Assembly: GCA_965204745.1 (NCBI GenBank) | Contig: OZ242010.1 | Location: 2,816,001 to 2,880,000, forward strand | Origin: Candidatus Latescibacterota bacterium | GTDB taxonomy: Bacteria; Latescibacterota; UBA2968 | Length of the DNA stretch: 64,000 nt | Direction of reading: 5' to 3' | Part shown: positions 9,684-19,939 of the stretch, in pieces | Position numbering within the stretch: the first letter of the stretch is position 1 | Layout: each line of letters opens with the position of its first letter | Notes under the pieces: generated by a model | The model's input: only the letters and a program-made list of their open reading frames with translations | Databases searched by the model: none | Told to the model about the DNA's origin: nothing | Position numbers and translations under genes: made by a program

Positions 9684-10868
9684 GGCGTTGTTGCATAAAT
9701 AGCAATTTCCTGCAAGTTGGGATTGCAAAAAGACAGGCTCCTTCGTAGATTGGGCATATAGATCACCAAAACAACTCACCCTTTCTCACCAGGAACCTGT
9801 CATGCCCAAGATAACCGCTTCCAAACCCGCCGTCAAGTCCCCGCGTCGCCCGCGTCGCCCGCGCTGTGCGCCTGTCTATCGGGTTAGGAACTGGGCGGCC
9901 TACGAGGCCGGTCTCAAGCAGCGGGGCAGTCTGACGTTTTGGATCACGCCGCAAGCCCTTCGGAACTGGTACCATCAAGGGCCAACGCAACGGGGGCGGC
10001 AAAACACCTTTTCAGATTTGGCTATTCAAACGGCATTGATGGTGCGCTTGGTCTATGCCTTGCCCCTGCGTCAAACCGAGGGGTTTCTCAAGTCCATCCT
10101 GGCATTGATGGGGGTGGATTTGCGTGTGCCCGATCACACGACCCTCTGCCGGCGACAGGGCGATTTGAACGTGGATTTACCTGTCCAATCCCGTCACGAG
10201 CCGATCCACTTGGTGGTGGATTCTACCGGCCTGAAAGTGTATGGCGAAGGCGAATGGAAGGTGCGTCAACACGGCTTTTGCAAGCGCCGGACTTGGCGCA
10301 AATTGCACATCGGCGTCGATGAGGCCACCGGGGAGATTGTCGCACAGACCCTGACCTCGGCAAGCGTTGATGACGCTTCGCAGGTCAACCCCTTGCTCGA
10401 TCAAGTCCCGGCCCCTGTCCATACGCTGGGCGCCGATGGCGGCTATGACAAACGCAAGGTCTTCAACACATGCGCCGCCCCCAAACAAGGAGCCCCCATC
10501 CGACCTCTGATTCCCCCGCGCCATGATGCCAAAATTGAACAACACGGAAACAGGAAGGCACCCCCCCTCGCCCGCGATGAAATCATCCGAGCCATCCGGC
10601 GTCAAGGCCGCCGACAGTGGAAACGCACCAGTGGCTATCATCGTCGCTCGGTCGTTGAAACCCACATAGGCCGCTACAAACAACTCATTGGGCGGCAGTT
10701 GCGCGCACGAAAAAAGAAGAACCAAGAAACGGAAGCACGGTTGGGATGTGCGGTGCTCAATCGCATGATGAGGATCGCGAAACCCGTGTCCTATCCCATA
10801 GAAAGAAGGGCTTAAATTTCGCGGGAAAGGGACGAACTTAGCCACGACAACATTTATGCAACAACGCC
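9684..10868 (+). mobile_element. IS5-family (IS903-like) insertion sequence, complete
   Basis: 17-bp perfect TIR GGCGTTGTTGCATAAAT; 9-bp TSD ACTGACAAC. Confidence 0.93.
9802..10815 (+). CDS. IS5-family DDE transposase
   Basis: NWAAYE..LKQRGSLT, PDHTTLCRR, DSTGLK..GEGEW, DGGYD, YHRRS..ET. Confidence 0.95.
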   Translation: MPKITASKPAVKSPRRPRRPRCAPVYRVRNWAAYEAGLKQRGSLTFWITPQALRNWYHQGPTQRGRQNTFSDLAIQTALMVRLVYALPLRQTEGFLKSILALMGVDLRVPDHTTLCRRQGDLNVDLPVQSRHEPIHLVVDSTGLKVYGEGEWKVRQHGFCKRRTWRKLHIGVDEATGEIVAQTLTSASVDDASQVNPLLDQVPAPVHTLGADGGYDKRKVFNTCAAPKQGAPIRPLIPPRHDAKIEQHGNRKAPPLARDEIIRAIRRQGRRQWKRTSGYHRRSVVETHIGRYKQLIGRQLRARKKKNQETEARLGCAVLNRMMRIAKPVSYPIERRA

Positions 10869-10905
10869 ACTGACAACTGACAACTGACAACTGACAACTG
10901 ACAAC
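10869..10905. repeat. Heptamer tandem repeat (CTGACAA)n, right part
   Basis: About 5 units directly after the IS. Confidence 0.85.
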
Positions 10906-10984
10906 TTGGGCGGTGGCGGGGTTGCCTCACCTCTCCCGCCTTACGTCTTACGTCTCACCGAAGGGGGTTGGGCAGGGGGGGCGT

Positions 10985-12190
10985 CTATTCTATTCGCCCC
11001 AATGCCGCTTCCACGCGGTCCATGCCCTGGGCGATAAGGTCTGCCGATGCCGCGTAGGAGAATCGCAGGTACCCCGGCGCGCCAAACCCGGTGCCGGGCA
11101 CGCACGCCACGCCCGCTTCGTCGAGCAGATAATCGCACAGCGATACATCGCTGTCAATGCGCCCGCGAGGCGATGATTTGCCGATGAGTTCGGATATGTC
11201 GGGAAACACGTAAAACGCGCCGCGTGGCGATGGGCATGACACGCGCGGCATTCGATTGAGGCGGGAAACGATTTGATCGCGCCGCGTGGCAAATGCCCGT
11301 CTCATCGTTTCCACGCAATCCTGCGGGCCGGTGAGGGCTTCGAGTGCGGCGTATTGCGAGATGGTGCAGGTGTTTGTGGTTTCCTGCGTTTGGACTTTGA
11401 TCATCAGGTCGATCAAGTTTTGCGGCCCCGCGCCATAGCCCACGCGCCACCCGGTCATGGCATGGGATTTGGAGACGCCGTTGACGACCAGGGTTTTCCC
11501 TGCCAACTCGGGCATCAGCGCGGCAATGGACACGTGCTCGGCGTTGTCGTACAGGAGTTTTTCGTAGATTTCATCCGCGATGACGTAGATGTTCGCCTGC
11601 GCGATGACCTCGGCCAAGGCCGCGAGGTTGTCGCGGGTATAGACCGCGCCTGTTGGGTTGCAAGGGCTGTTTAAGAGCAGGAATTTTGTGCGCGGGGTGA
11701 TGGCGTTTTCGAGTTGTTGCGCGGTCATGCAAAAGTCCGCGTCTCGCGTGGTGGGCACGATGATCGGCTCGCCCCCCATCAAGCGCACTTGATCCGCGTA
11801 GCTCGTCCAATACGGCGCGGGGATGATGGCTCGGTCTCCGTCTTCTATCAACGCGATGATGGCGTCGAAGATGGTTTGCTTCGCGCCGCACGTCACGATG
11901 ATTTGCGATGGCGCGTAGCGCAACCCATTGTCGCGCTCCAATTTGTCGCAAATCGCCTGCTTGAGTTCGGGAATGCCCGACGCGGGGTTGGTGTATCGCG
12001 TGTGCCCGGTTTCGATGGCGCGGATCGCAGCGGCGCGGATGTGCGCGGGGGTGTCGAAGTCGGGTTCACCCGCGACGAGTGAGATGAGATCGACGCCCTG
12101 CCGCTTCAACGCACCGGCTTTGGCAAATGCCGACACGGTCGCAGAGGCTTGAATATTGAGCACGCGCTGGGTAAAGGGAGATTTGGGCAT
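10985..12190 (-). CDS. Aspartate aminotransferase (class I/II, PLP-dependent)
   Basis: GEPDFDTP, NSPCNPTG, DEIYE, SKSHAMTGWRVG. Confidence 0.92.
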   Translation of the reverse strand: MPKSPFTQRVLNIQASATVSAFAKAGALKRQGVDLISLVAGEPDFDTPAHIRAAAIRAIETGHTRYTNPASGIPELKQAICDKLERDNGLRYAPSQIIVTCGAKQTIFDAIIALIEDGDRAIIPAPYWTSYADQVRLMGGEPIIVPTTRDADFCMTAQQLENAITPRTKFLLLNSPCNPTGAVYTRDNLAALAEVIAQANIYVIADEIYEKLLYDNAEHVSIAALMPELAGKTLVVNGVSKSHAMTGWRVGYGAGPQNLIDLMIKVQTQETTNTCTISQYAALEALTGPQDCVETMRRAFATRRDQIVSRLNRMPRVSCPSPRGAFYVFPDISELIGKSSPRGRIDSDVSLCDYLLDEAGVACVPGTGFGAPGYLRFSYAASADLIAQGMDRVEAALGRIE

Positions 12191-12228
12191 GGCTAAGAGA
12201 TGGAGAAAAACCTAGGGACAGCGTCCCG

Positions 12229-13425
12229 TTACGTCGTGTATTCGGCATTGATGCGGACGTAGTCGTACGTGAGGTCGCACGTATAAATGGTCGCCGCCGC
12301 GTCGCCGCTAGACAGGTCGATGGCGATAGCGATGTCGGACGCGGAAAGGGCATCGACAGCGCGGTCGTGGTCAAAGGGCAAGCCACCGCCGTTGGCGTAA
12401 ATGGGAATGCCCGCCATGGAAACGGAGACGCGGGCCGGGTCGATAGCGACACCGGCATAGCCCGCGGCGCACAAAATGCGGCCCCAGTTGGGATCGCGTC
12501 CAAAAACCGCGGTTTTGACGAGGTTGGAGTTGGCAACGGACATGCCCACGGTGCGCGCGTCTTCTCGCGTGGGCGCGCCTGCAACGCGAATGGCGATGAG
12601 TTTGGTCGCGCCTTCCCCATCGCGTGCGATTTGTTTGGCGAGGCTGATGCAGACCGCGTTGAGTGCTGTCTGAAAGGCGCGGAGGTCTTCGCCCGTGAGT
12701 TCGTTCGCGTTTGCCGCGCCATTGGCCAGGGCCAATACCGTGTCGTTGGTGCTCATGTCGCCGTCAACCGTAATGCAGTTGAAGGATTGCGTCACCGCGT
12801 CGCGCAGTGCGTTTTGAAGCGCGGGCACGGCCAGGGCCGCATCCGTCACCACAAACGCGAGCATAGTCGCCATGTTGGGCGCGATCATGCCCGCGCCCTT
12901 GGCAATGCCTGCGATAGTGATTTCGCCGTCCCGGATTTGGAGGCGCGCAGACGCTTTTTTGGGCACGGTGTCCGTGGTCATGATCGCTTCTGAAGCGTCG
13001 TCCCAGCCGGTTGCATCGAGTTGTGGGATGATGGTTTGAATCCCGGTTTCGAGATATGCCATCTGCAAGGGCACGCCGATGACGCCAGTGGAATTGACGA
13101 GTACATCTTCTGGCGCGATGTCCAATCCGCCACCCACCCATTGCGCGGTCTGTCGCGCATCGCGCATGCCTTGGTCGCCAGTACACGCATTGGCGTTTTT
13201 GCTGTTGACCACAACAGCACGCGCACATCCATCGCGCAGGTGCTCTCTGTTGATCTGCACAGGGGCCGCGCACACGCGATTGGTCGTGAACATCCCGGCT
13301 GCCGAAGCCGGGCGATCAGACGCGATGAGCGCGAGGTCCTTCTCCTCGCCATCCTTAAGCCCGCAATGCAACCCCGCGGCCGTATAGCCCTTGGGGGGAT
13401 AAATGGCATTTTCCGTAACGTTCAC
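12229..13425 (-). CDS. argJ: Bifunctional ornithine acetyltransferase/N-acetylglutamate synthase
   Basis: KGAGMIAPNMATML, VDGDMSTND, DGEGATK, DPNWGR; start inferred at GTG after GAGG. Confidence 0.95.
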   Translation of the reverse strand: MNVTENAIYPPKGYTAAGLHCGLKDGEEKDLALIASDRPASAAGMFTTNRVCAAPVQINREHLRDGCARAVVVNSKNANACTGDQGMRDARQTAQWVGGGLDIAPEDVLVNSTGVIGVPLQMAYLETGIQTIIPQLDATGWDDASEAIMTTDTVPKKASARLQIRDGEITIAGIAKGAGMIAPNMATMLAFVVTDAALAVPALQNALRDAVTQSFNCITVDGDMSTNDTVLALANGAANANELTGEDLRAFQTALNAVCISLAKQIARDGEGATKLIAIRVAGAPTREDARTVGMSVANSNLVKTAVFGRDPNWGRILCAAGYAGVAIDPARVSVSMAGIPIYANGGGLPFDHDRAVDALSASDIAIAIDLSSGDAAATIYTCDLTYDYVRINAEYTT

Positions 13426-13560
13426 AACACACCTCACTGTAGAGTTATCAAGATACGCCGCTCGTTTCCTCACAGATCGTACACCAGCCGATCAATCTTT
13501 GGATAGCACCGAAACGTACACAAACCATTCTGTTCGGTATGCGTGCGATTGTTCAGAACG

Positions 13561-15552
13561 TCAAATACTGTTCTGGATAATCCTCATCGTTTTTTCTTTT
13601 ACTTCGACTTTCTTGGAGATGATGTCCTCTATTTCGCTTGTGATTTTTCTGATTTCATCTTTGTCATTGTTGATCGGCAGGACAACTTCGCCCAGTCTGT
13701 TTCCGATTGTCGAGATTGTCGCCTGTACAAAGGTTTTGGAATCGATCTGTTTTCTTACAATTTTGCTGTTCAAAAGGTAAAATAGGTAGTATGGGTCGAT
13801 GAATTTTTTCTTCATTACTCTTATCTTTTTGAGATGGCTTTGAATGATGATTTTTATGTCCAATCTCGTGACAATAGCGGTGCGCCCGATTAAAAACGTG
13901 CCATCGCTCACAAACAGAATATCTCTTTCCCGAATATCTTGGGAGCATTTGTACTCGTCATACACTTCCTCTGCCACTGCCTTAATAGGGTCAAACTTGA
14001 TTTCCCAATTCACGATATCGCTGGTTCGCACAAATGGCACGTTCCCCGTACCATAAAAGCGCGAGCCTATCTCGTTACCCCTTTTGATCTGCAAGATATT
14101 TTTTTTTAGCAATTCTCCAATTGAAACCAAAAAATATTTTCCGCTGTGTTTCAACTCCTCTAATTCTCTACGGACTTCCGGGTTGTAATACTCTGGAATA
14201 AAAATGCTCTCGTTCAACTCGGAATACGGGATGTGGAAGCCGAGGTGATTTTCCTCATCTTTTCGTTTGAAGTTGTTCGTGATGGAGGGAATATCGTCAT
14301 CGAGGATTTCTTCGCCGGTTTCAACATCCGCTTTGTAGATCGGTTTGCCGTTTTTGTTGTGTCCAACACTGCCTGCGATAGCCATGAACAACGAATCTCG
14401 TCTCTCGGTCGTCTTTTCGAGAAAAAGCACGCTCGTTTTCGTATGCGTGCTCGGTTGAAAAGTTTCTTGGGGGAGGCTCACAACGCCGGTAACCGAGCAC
14501 ACGCTGTTCACATATTCCCAGATATATCTGTCCGAAGGATTACCAAAAATACCTTCCGGGAGAACGATGCCCAAACGACCACCCTCGCGTAGCAGTTGAA
14601 TACACCGCTCGATGAACAGGACTTGAGGGGATTGTTTCTCGAGTGATTCGCGTGATCTGTACCATTTGCCGTGCTTTCGCCACCTGTGACCGAGTTGATA
14701 CTGCCCCAGTAGTTGTTTTCCTATGACTGGGATTTTCGCTCCGAAAGGAGGATTGGTAAGCACGATGTCAAATGCACCACACTGGATATCCCTTCTCGTA
14801 TCTCCGCTCCATTTTGCTGGATTATCCAAGCTGTTCTCGCAGTAGATGCGATAATCGCCATCACCGATTAGCGAGAGATAAATTTTTGCGATTTTTGCGA
14901 GAAAGGCATCTTTGTCAAGCCCTACAATATCAAAATCTTTCGCACTGCGAGACAGAAAATATCTCAATGTGTAGGCCAGAAAACCACCGCTTCCACAAGC
15001 CGGGTCGATCATTCTTTCACCTTCCCGGGGCTCGAGAATATCGATCATCATTTGTACGACGTTTCTCGGCGTGAAAAATTGTCCCGCGCCACCTCTAAAC
15101 GAAGTTCCTATTAACTCCTCAAAAGCATCTCCGATTACATCCCTGTCAGCGTCCAAAATAGAATAGTCTTCCAGTGTCGAGACGATAAATGACAGGTCTT
15201 TGGGTTGCACTTCTATTTTTTCATTCGGTTCAAAGAGGCCGGGATAGACGTCTTTCACCCTGTCAAACAAGTTGCTGATCCGCGACAGGAGCAAGTCGTT
15301 GCTTTCGCGTGGACGGTTGGAAAATTCGACGATATCCAGACTCGTTTTTTCGTCGTAGATTTTGCAAAATAGCAACCGCATCATGTTTTGGGCGATTTTC
15401 TCATCCCGCGTGATTCCAGTCACATTCCCCGCACAGTAATCTCTTATTTTTTTGAAAACGGACTTCAGATTGTTTATCGGACGCAATTCGGCAACACTGA
15501 CGAACCTTTTTGTTTTTAAGGTGTCTGGATTAAACAAAGAGGGTGCTTCCAT
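13561..15552 (-). CDS. N6-adenine DNA methyltransferase fused to a C-terminal HsdS-like target-recognition domain
   Basis: GQFFTPR, DPACGSGGF, NPPF, C-terminal PFVRTSDI...DILF...YYLFYLLNS; AT-rich relative to flanks. Confidence 0.88.
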   Translation of the reverse strand: MEAPSLFNPDTLKTKRFVSVAELRPINNLKSVFKKIRDYCAGNVTGITRDEKIAQNMMRLLFCKIYDEKTSLDIVEFSNRPRESNDLLLSRISNLFDRVKDVYPGLFEPNEKIEVQPKDLSFIVSTLEDYSILDADRDVIGDAFEELIGTSFRGGAGQFFTPRNVVQMMIDILEPREGERMIDPACGSGGFLAYTLRYFLSRSAKDFDIVGLDKDAFLAKIAKIYLSLIGDGDYRIYCENSLDNPAKWSGDTRRDIQCGAFDIVLTNPPFGAKIPVIGKQLLGQYQLGHRWRKHGKWYRSRESLEKQSPQVLFIERCIQLLREGGRLGIVLPEGIFGNPSDRYIWEYVNSVCSVTGVVSLPQETFQPSTHTKTSVLFLEKTTERRDSLFMAIAGSVGHNKNGKPIYKADVETGEEILDDDIPSITNNFKRKDEENHLGFHIPYSELNESIFIPEYYNPEVRRELEELKHSGKYFLVSIGELLKKNILQIKRGNEIGSRFYGTGNVPFVRTSDIVNWEIKFDPIKAVAEEVYDEYKCSQDIRERDILFVSDGTFLIGRTAIVTRLDIKIIIQSHLKKIRVMKKKFIDPYYLFYLLNSKIVRKQIDSKTFVQATISTIGNRLGEVVLPINNDKDEIRKITSEIEDIISKKVEVKEKTMRIIQNSI

Positions 15553-15585
15553 TTACTTACTCCTGCGGCGGAGGGCAATCTGCTT

Positions 15586-16758
15586 TCAGAACAGGGCGCG
15601 TTTGACATTTCGCACGGCTTGGCGGATTCGGTGTTCGTTTTCGACCAGAGAGATGCGGACATAGCCCTCGCCCATGTCGCCAAAGCCAATGCCGGGAGAC
15701 ACTGCGACTTCGGCTTCTTCCATGAGTTTGAGGGCGAAGTTCATCGAGCCGAGATGCCGATAGGGTTCTGGAATGGGCGCCCACACAAACATAGACGCTT
15801 TGGGTTTGTTGACCGGCCACCCGATGCGGTTGAGACCGCCTATGAGCGTATCCCTGCGGCTTTGATACATGGCCGCTGCTTGCCGCACGCAGTCTTGCGG
15901 GCCGTCAAGTGCGGCAATGGCCGCGACTTGGATCGGGGTGAAGACGCCGTAGTCGTAGTAATTTTTGATGATGGACAAGGCTCTGATCACCTCGGGATTG
16001 CCCAAGCAGAAGCCCACGCGCCACCCGGCCATGTTGTAGGATTTGGACATGGTGTAAAATTCGACCCCGATTTCTTTCGCGCCTTTGACCTGCAACAGAC
16101 TCGGCACTTCGGTGCCGTCAAACGCGATGTCCGAATAGGCCATGTCGTGGATGACGATGATATTTTGACGCCGGGCAAAAGCCACAATTTCCTGAAAAAA
16201 AGAAATATCGACCGTGGCCGTGGTGGGGTTGTGCGGGAAGTTGAAAATCATGACCTTGGGCTTGGGCCACAACTCCCGCGAGATCATGTGCAGATCGGGC
16301 ACAAATTCTTTTTCCGCGCGCAAGGGCAGGCTGAGGACATTGCCATTGGCGATTGCAACGCCGTACAAGTGCAGGGGATAGGCCGGATTGGGCACGATGG
16401 CGAGGTCGCCCGGATCCAGGAGGGCCAGGCAAATATGCGCCAACCCCTCTTTGGAGCCAATGGTGACTATGGCCTCGGTTTCCGGATCGAGATCGACGCG
16501 GAATCGGCGTTTGTAATGCCGGCAGATGGCCCGGCGCAACGCGGGAATGCCCGCCGATGGCGCGTACCCGTGCGCTTTGGGATCGCGGGCCACTTCGGCG
16601 AGTTTGTCGATAATATGCGGCGGCGTGGGCTGGTCCGGATTGCCCATGCCCAGGTCGATGATATCCACGCCCTCGCGCCGCAGGTGCATTTTGCGGGCAT
16701 TGACCTCGTGAAAAATGTATGGCGGCAGGCGTTCGATGCGTCGAGAATTGATTTGCAT
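15586..16758 (-). CDS. AlaC/LL-DAP-like PLP aminotransferase
   Basis: RIERLPPYIF, GMGNPD, NFPHNPT, SKSYNMAGWRVG, SPGIGFG. Confidence 0.88.
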   Translation of the reverse strand: MQINSRRIERLPPYIFHEVNARKMHLRREGVDIIDLGMGNPDQPTPPHIIDKLAEVARDPKAHGYAPSAGIPALRRAICRHYKRRFRVDLDPETEAIVTIGSKEGLAHICLALLDPGDLAIVPNPAYPLHLYGVAIANGNVLSLPLRAEKEFVPDLHMISRELWPKPKVMIFNFPHNPTTATVDISFFQEIVAFARRQNIIVIHDMAYSDIAFDGTEVPSLLQVKGAKEIGVEFYTMSKSYNMAGWRVGFCLGNPEVIRALSIIKNYYDYGVFTPIQVAAIAALDGPQDCVRQAAAMYQSRRDTLIGGLNRIGWPVNKPKASMFVWAPIPEPYRHLGSMNFALKLMEEAEVAVSPGIGFGDMGEGYVRISLVENEHRIRQAVRNVKRALF

Positions 16759-16834
16759 GGGAATGCTCATTAAAAGGGTCAAGCCCTATCCGAGACGGGG
16801 AGATGTTCTCTCGTCTCGAGGAAAATGGAAATTT

Positions 16835-16885
16835 AGCCACAAAAGGCACAAAAAGCACAAAAGTATAAAAGCCACAAAAAGCACG
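16835..16885. repeat. Short degenerate GCACAAAA tandem repeat
   Basis: gccacaaaaggcacaaaaagcacaaaagtataaaagccacaaaaagcacg. Confidence 0.6.
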
Positions 16886-16986
16886 AGCGGGGTACAACTG
16901 GCGATAGCCAGTTCAAAGACGAGTGGTGTATAGGGGCGATGCCTCCGTGTTCGGTCAAAGATACAAGGGGTTAGAGGGTAGGGCCA

Positions 16987-18567
16987 TCAGTTGATGGCAA
17001 TGACGCCATCGAGCAACAATTTGTAGGTCAAACTATCGACCAGCGCGATCCAACTGGCTTCGATGCTGTTTTCAGAAACGCCCACCGTATTCCAGACGCG
17101 CTGGCGGTCAGAGGATTCGATCAGCACGCGGGTTTTGGCCGCCGTGCCCTCTGCGCTGGACAACACGCGCACTTTGTAATCTTCGAGGCGCACGTCTTTG
17201 AGGGTGGGATACACGCTTTCAAGGGCTTGGCGCAAGGCCAAGTCCAAGGCATTGACCGGCCCGTTGCCTTCGCCTATCGTGTGGTAAATGCGACCGTCGA
17301 TCTCGAGTTTGACAATGGCTTCGACTTCAGAGCCGGCCATGTTCTTGCGGTTGATCGTGCGGTAGTGGATGAGTTTGAACGGGTTGCGAATGCTGCCCAA
17401 TACCCGCCGCGCGAGAATCTCAAACGAGGCTTCAGCCGCTTCAAACACATAGCCCTCGTGCTCGAGTTGCTTAATTTCTCGCAACAATTTTTGCACGGTG
17501 GGATGGCGTTTGTCCAAGCCCGGGATCAGGTGATCCAATTTTGCGGCAATCGCGCCCCCGCCCGATTGTTCCGACAGGAGAAACCTGCGCTCGTTGCCCA
17601 CCCATTCCGCGCTGCAATGCTCGTAAGTGGCGGGTTGTTTGAGCATGGCATCCACATGAACCCCGGCCTTGTGTGCAAACGCGCTTTCGCCCACGTACGG
17701 TTGGCGGTGGTCGTGGTACACATTGGCTATTTCGCTGACAAAGCGGGACAATTCCATGAGTTTTGTGAGATTTGCCGCGCCAATCGCTGTTTTGCCCAGC
17801 TTGAGCTCGATATTGGGAATGACCGAACACAGATTGGCATTGCCACAGCGTTCGCCGTATCCGTTGATCGTACCCTGCACGTGCATCGCCCCCATTTCGA
17901 GCGCGACAATGCTGTTGGCCACGGCCATGCCCGCGTCGTTGTGCGTGTGAATGCCCAGAGGCACGGTGAGTTCGCGCTGAACGGCCGCGATGATCTGCTG
18001 GATTTCGTAGGGCATCGTGCCGCCATTGGTGTCGCACAAGGCGATCACCTCTGCGCCGCCGGCCTGCGCGGCCTGCAAGGTGCTCAATGCGTATTCGGGA
18101 TCGGCTTTGTACCCGTCAAAAAAGTGCTCGGCATCGTAGATGACTTCCCTGCCGTTTTCCTTGAGCCACGCGCAGGAATCCGCGATGATCTGCAAATTTT
18201 CGTCGAGCGTTGCCCGCAGGACGTCGGTGACGTGCAGGGTCCAGCTTTTTCCAAAGAGCGTGACGACCGCTGTGCCGGCCCTGAGCAAGGTGGCGAGGGT
18301 CGGATCGTCTTCGGGCGGATTGCCCACGCGGCAGGTGCTGCCAAAGGCCACGATTTTGGCATTGCGAAATTCGCAGTCGCGCACGCGCTCAAAAAACTCG
18401 AGGTCCTTGGGATTGGTCGGATTCGGCCAACCGCCTTCGATGTAGTGAATGCCCATCGCGTCGAGACGCTGCGCGATCATGGCTTTGTCTTCAGCCGAAA
18501 ACGAAATGCCCTCGGCCTGCGCGCCATCTCGAAGGGTGGAGTCGTAAATTTGCACCAGTTCAGACAT
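16987..18567 (-). CDS. cimA: Citramalate synthase
   Basis: DSTLRDGAQAEG, IEGGWP, YDAEHFFDG, HTHND, GYGERCGN, LEDYKVR. Confidence 0.93.
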   Translation of the reverse strand: MSELVQIYDSTLRDGAQAEGISFSAEDKAMIAQRLDAMGIHYIEGGWPNPTNPKDLEFFERVRDCEFRNAKIVAFGSTCRVGNPPEDDPTLATLLRAGTAVVTLFGKSWTLHVTDVLRATLDENLQIIADSCAWLKENGREVIYDAEHFFDGYKADPEYALSTLQAAQAGGAEVIALCDTNGGTMPYEIQQIIAAVQRELTVPLGIHTHNDAGMAVANSIVALEMGAMHVQGTINGYGERCGNANLCSVIPNIELKLGKTAIGAANLTKLMELSRFVSEIANVYHDHRQPYVGESAFAHKAGVHVDAMLKQPATYEHCSAEWVGNERRFLLSEQSGGGAIAAKLDHLIPGLDKRHPTVQKLLREIKQLEHEGYVFEAAEASFEILARRVLGSIRNPFKLIHYRTINRKNMAGSEVEAIVKLEIDGRIYHTIGEGNGPVNALDLALRQALESVYPTLKDVRLEDYKVRVLSSAEGTAAKTRVLIESSDRQRVWNTVGVSENSIEASWIALVDSLTYKLLLDGVIAIN

Positions 18568-18606
18568 GTGATTTTCCCAATGAGGAGACCTTGAACGGGT
18601 TGTCGC

Positions 18607-19023
18607 TAGGTCGTGTTGACATTTTATTTTTTCTGACGTTACACACAGATTAGCAACTGTGTTGCTTGCTGATTTAAGGCGTTTGGTCCTACAGCCTCGT
18701 TTGTTGCTTTCGATGCCTTCGGCGACCTACTTTTTTTCAGCAGCAAAAAAAAGTAGGCAAAAAATGCCGCTCTCAAACGCCGAGAGGCTTGCACAGCGCA
18801 AATCGCTTTTGTAATCGCACGACATGCGCCAACCTGCAAAGGGGGTTGCAACATGGATGTGGGTTGCGAGACGGCCTTGCGCGCTGTGCGTGATGGCTTG
18901 ATCGGAGGGGTTTTGCGAGAGCACTTGTTGTGATGCCTGCTTTGAACTGCGGAACGTCAGGGCTTGAGTTTCTCGATAAACCGCTCAAGCCGTTGCATGG
19001 CTCGTAAATCTCAACACAACCTA
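18607..19023. mobile_element. MITE-like element (~415 bp), complete copy
   Basis: Terminal IRs TAGGTCGTGTTGACATTT / AAATCTCAACACAACCTA with TA at both ends; right end coincides with the leuD TAG; no transposase. Confidence 0.8.
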
Positions 19024-19614
19024 AAAGCCCGCGACGTAAGGCAGTTTGGCGGCGACGGCGCGGGTGGCGTCTCGGGCTTCGAGGAGCATGCCCGTGGCGT
19101 CCCACGCGCCTTCGATGAGTTGCAGGCGGTTGCTTTCTGCGATTTGCAGATCGATTTCCAAAGTGCCAAATGTCAATTTTTTGTTTTGGAGATCGACCGC
19201 CATTTCCCGCTGCGGATGCGCGCCAACGGCATCTTGGATTGTTGCGATGTCCTCGGGCGGCGCGGTCAGACAAGGCATGCCCATCGCCGTGCAATTGCCG
19301 AGAAAAATTTCCGCAAAGGATTCGCCGACAATGGCCCGAATCCCCCAGCGCATCAGGGCTTGGGGCGCGTGTTCCCGAGACGACCCGCACCCGAAATTGG
19401 CATTGACGACGAGGATGGCCGCGCCCCGATAGGCCGGATTGTCAAACGGGTGATCGGGATTCGATTTGCGGTCGTCTTCAAATGCGTGTTCGCCCAAGCC
19501 ATCAAACGTAATGGCGCGCAGATAGCGCGCGGGGATGATGCGGTCCGTGTCGATATCGTTTCCCCGAACCGCAACCGCACGGCCCGTCGCGTTTTGAATC
19601 ACAGATAAATTCAT
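19021..19614 (-). CDS. leuD: 3-isopropylmalate dehydratase small subunit
   Basis: DIDTDRIIPARYL, NFGCGSSREHAP. Confidence 0.96.
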   Translation of the reverse strand: MNLSVIQNATGRAVAVRGNDIDTDRIIPARYLRAITFDGLGEHAFEDDRKSNPDHPFDNPAYRGAAILVVNANFGCGSSREHAPQALMRWGIRAIVGESFAEIFLGNCTAMGMPCLTAPPEDIATIQDAVGAHPQREMAVDLQNKKLTFGTLEIDLQIAESNRLQLIEGAWDATGMLLEARDATRAVAAKLPYVAGF

Positions 19615-19699
19615 GAATATCCTCTTCCTGATATTGGTCTGAATCGCGGATTGGCGCGGATTAAGGGATTGCGCGGAATAACCCCACACCCCCACATCC

Positions 19700-19925
19700 G
19701 CTTAGACCCCCTACCCTCCTGAAAGGGGAATGCAAATGTTTTTTGCGAGGGATCACGCGAGGGTTTTGGGGGTTTATCGCATGCCCCACGCGCTTAAAGC
19801 CCCCAACCTATCCCGTGCGTTTATCTCTCAAGAAAGCCATGCTCCCCCTTTCCTTGAAGGCACAGGCGTAGCCTACAATGAGCGAAGCGAATAACGGGGG
19901 CCGGGGGGATAGGTCACACCGCCAG
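19700..19925. repeat. REP-like palindrome cluster related to the nuoL-nuoM array
   Basis: CCCCC...CCT-N-AGGGG hairpins; GGCACAGGCGTAGCCTACAATGAGCGAAGCGAATAACGGGG(G)CCGGGGG(G)ATAGGTC also at ~55361-55415, and in part at 21567-21610. Confidence 0.7.
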
Positions 19926-19939
19926 CGCGTTTGACCTCA

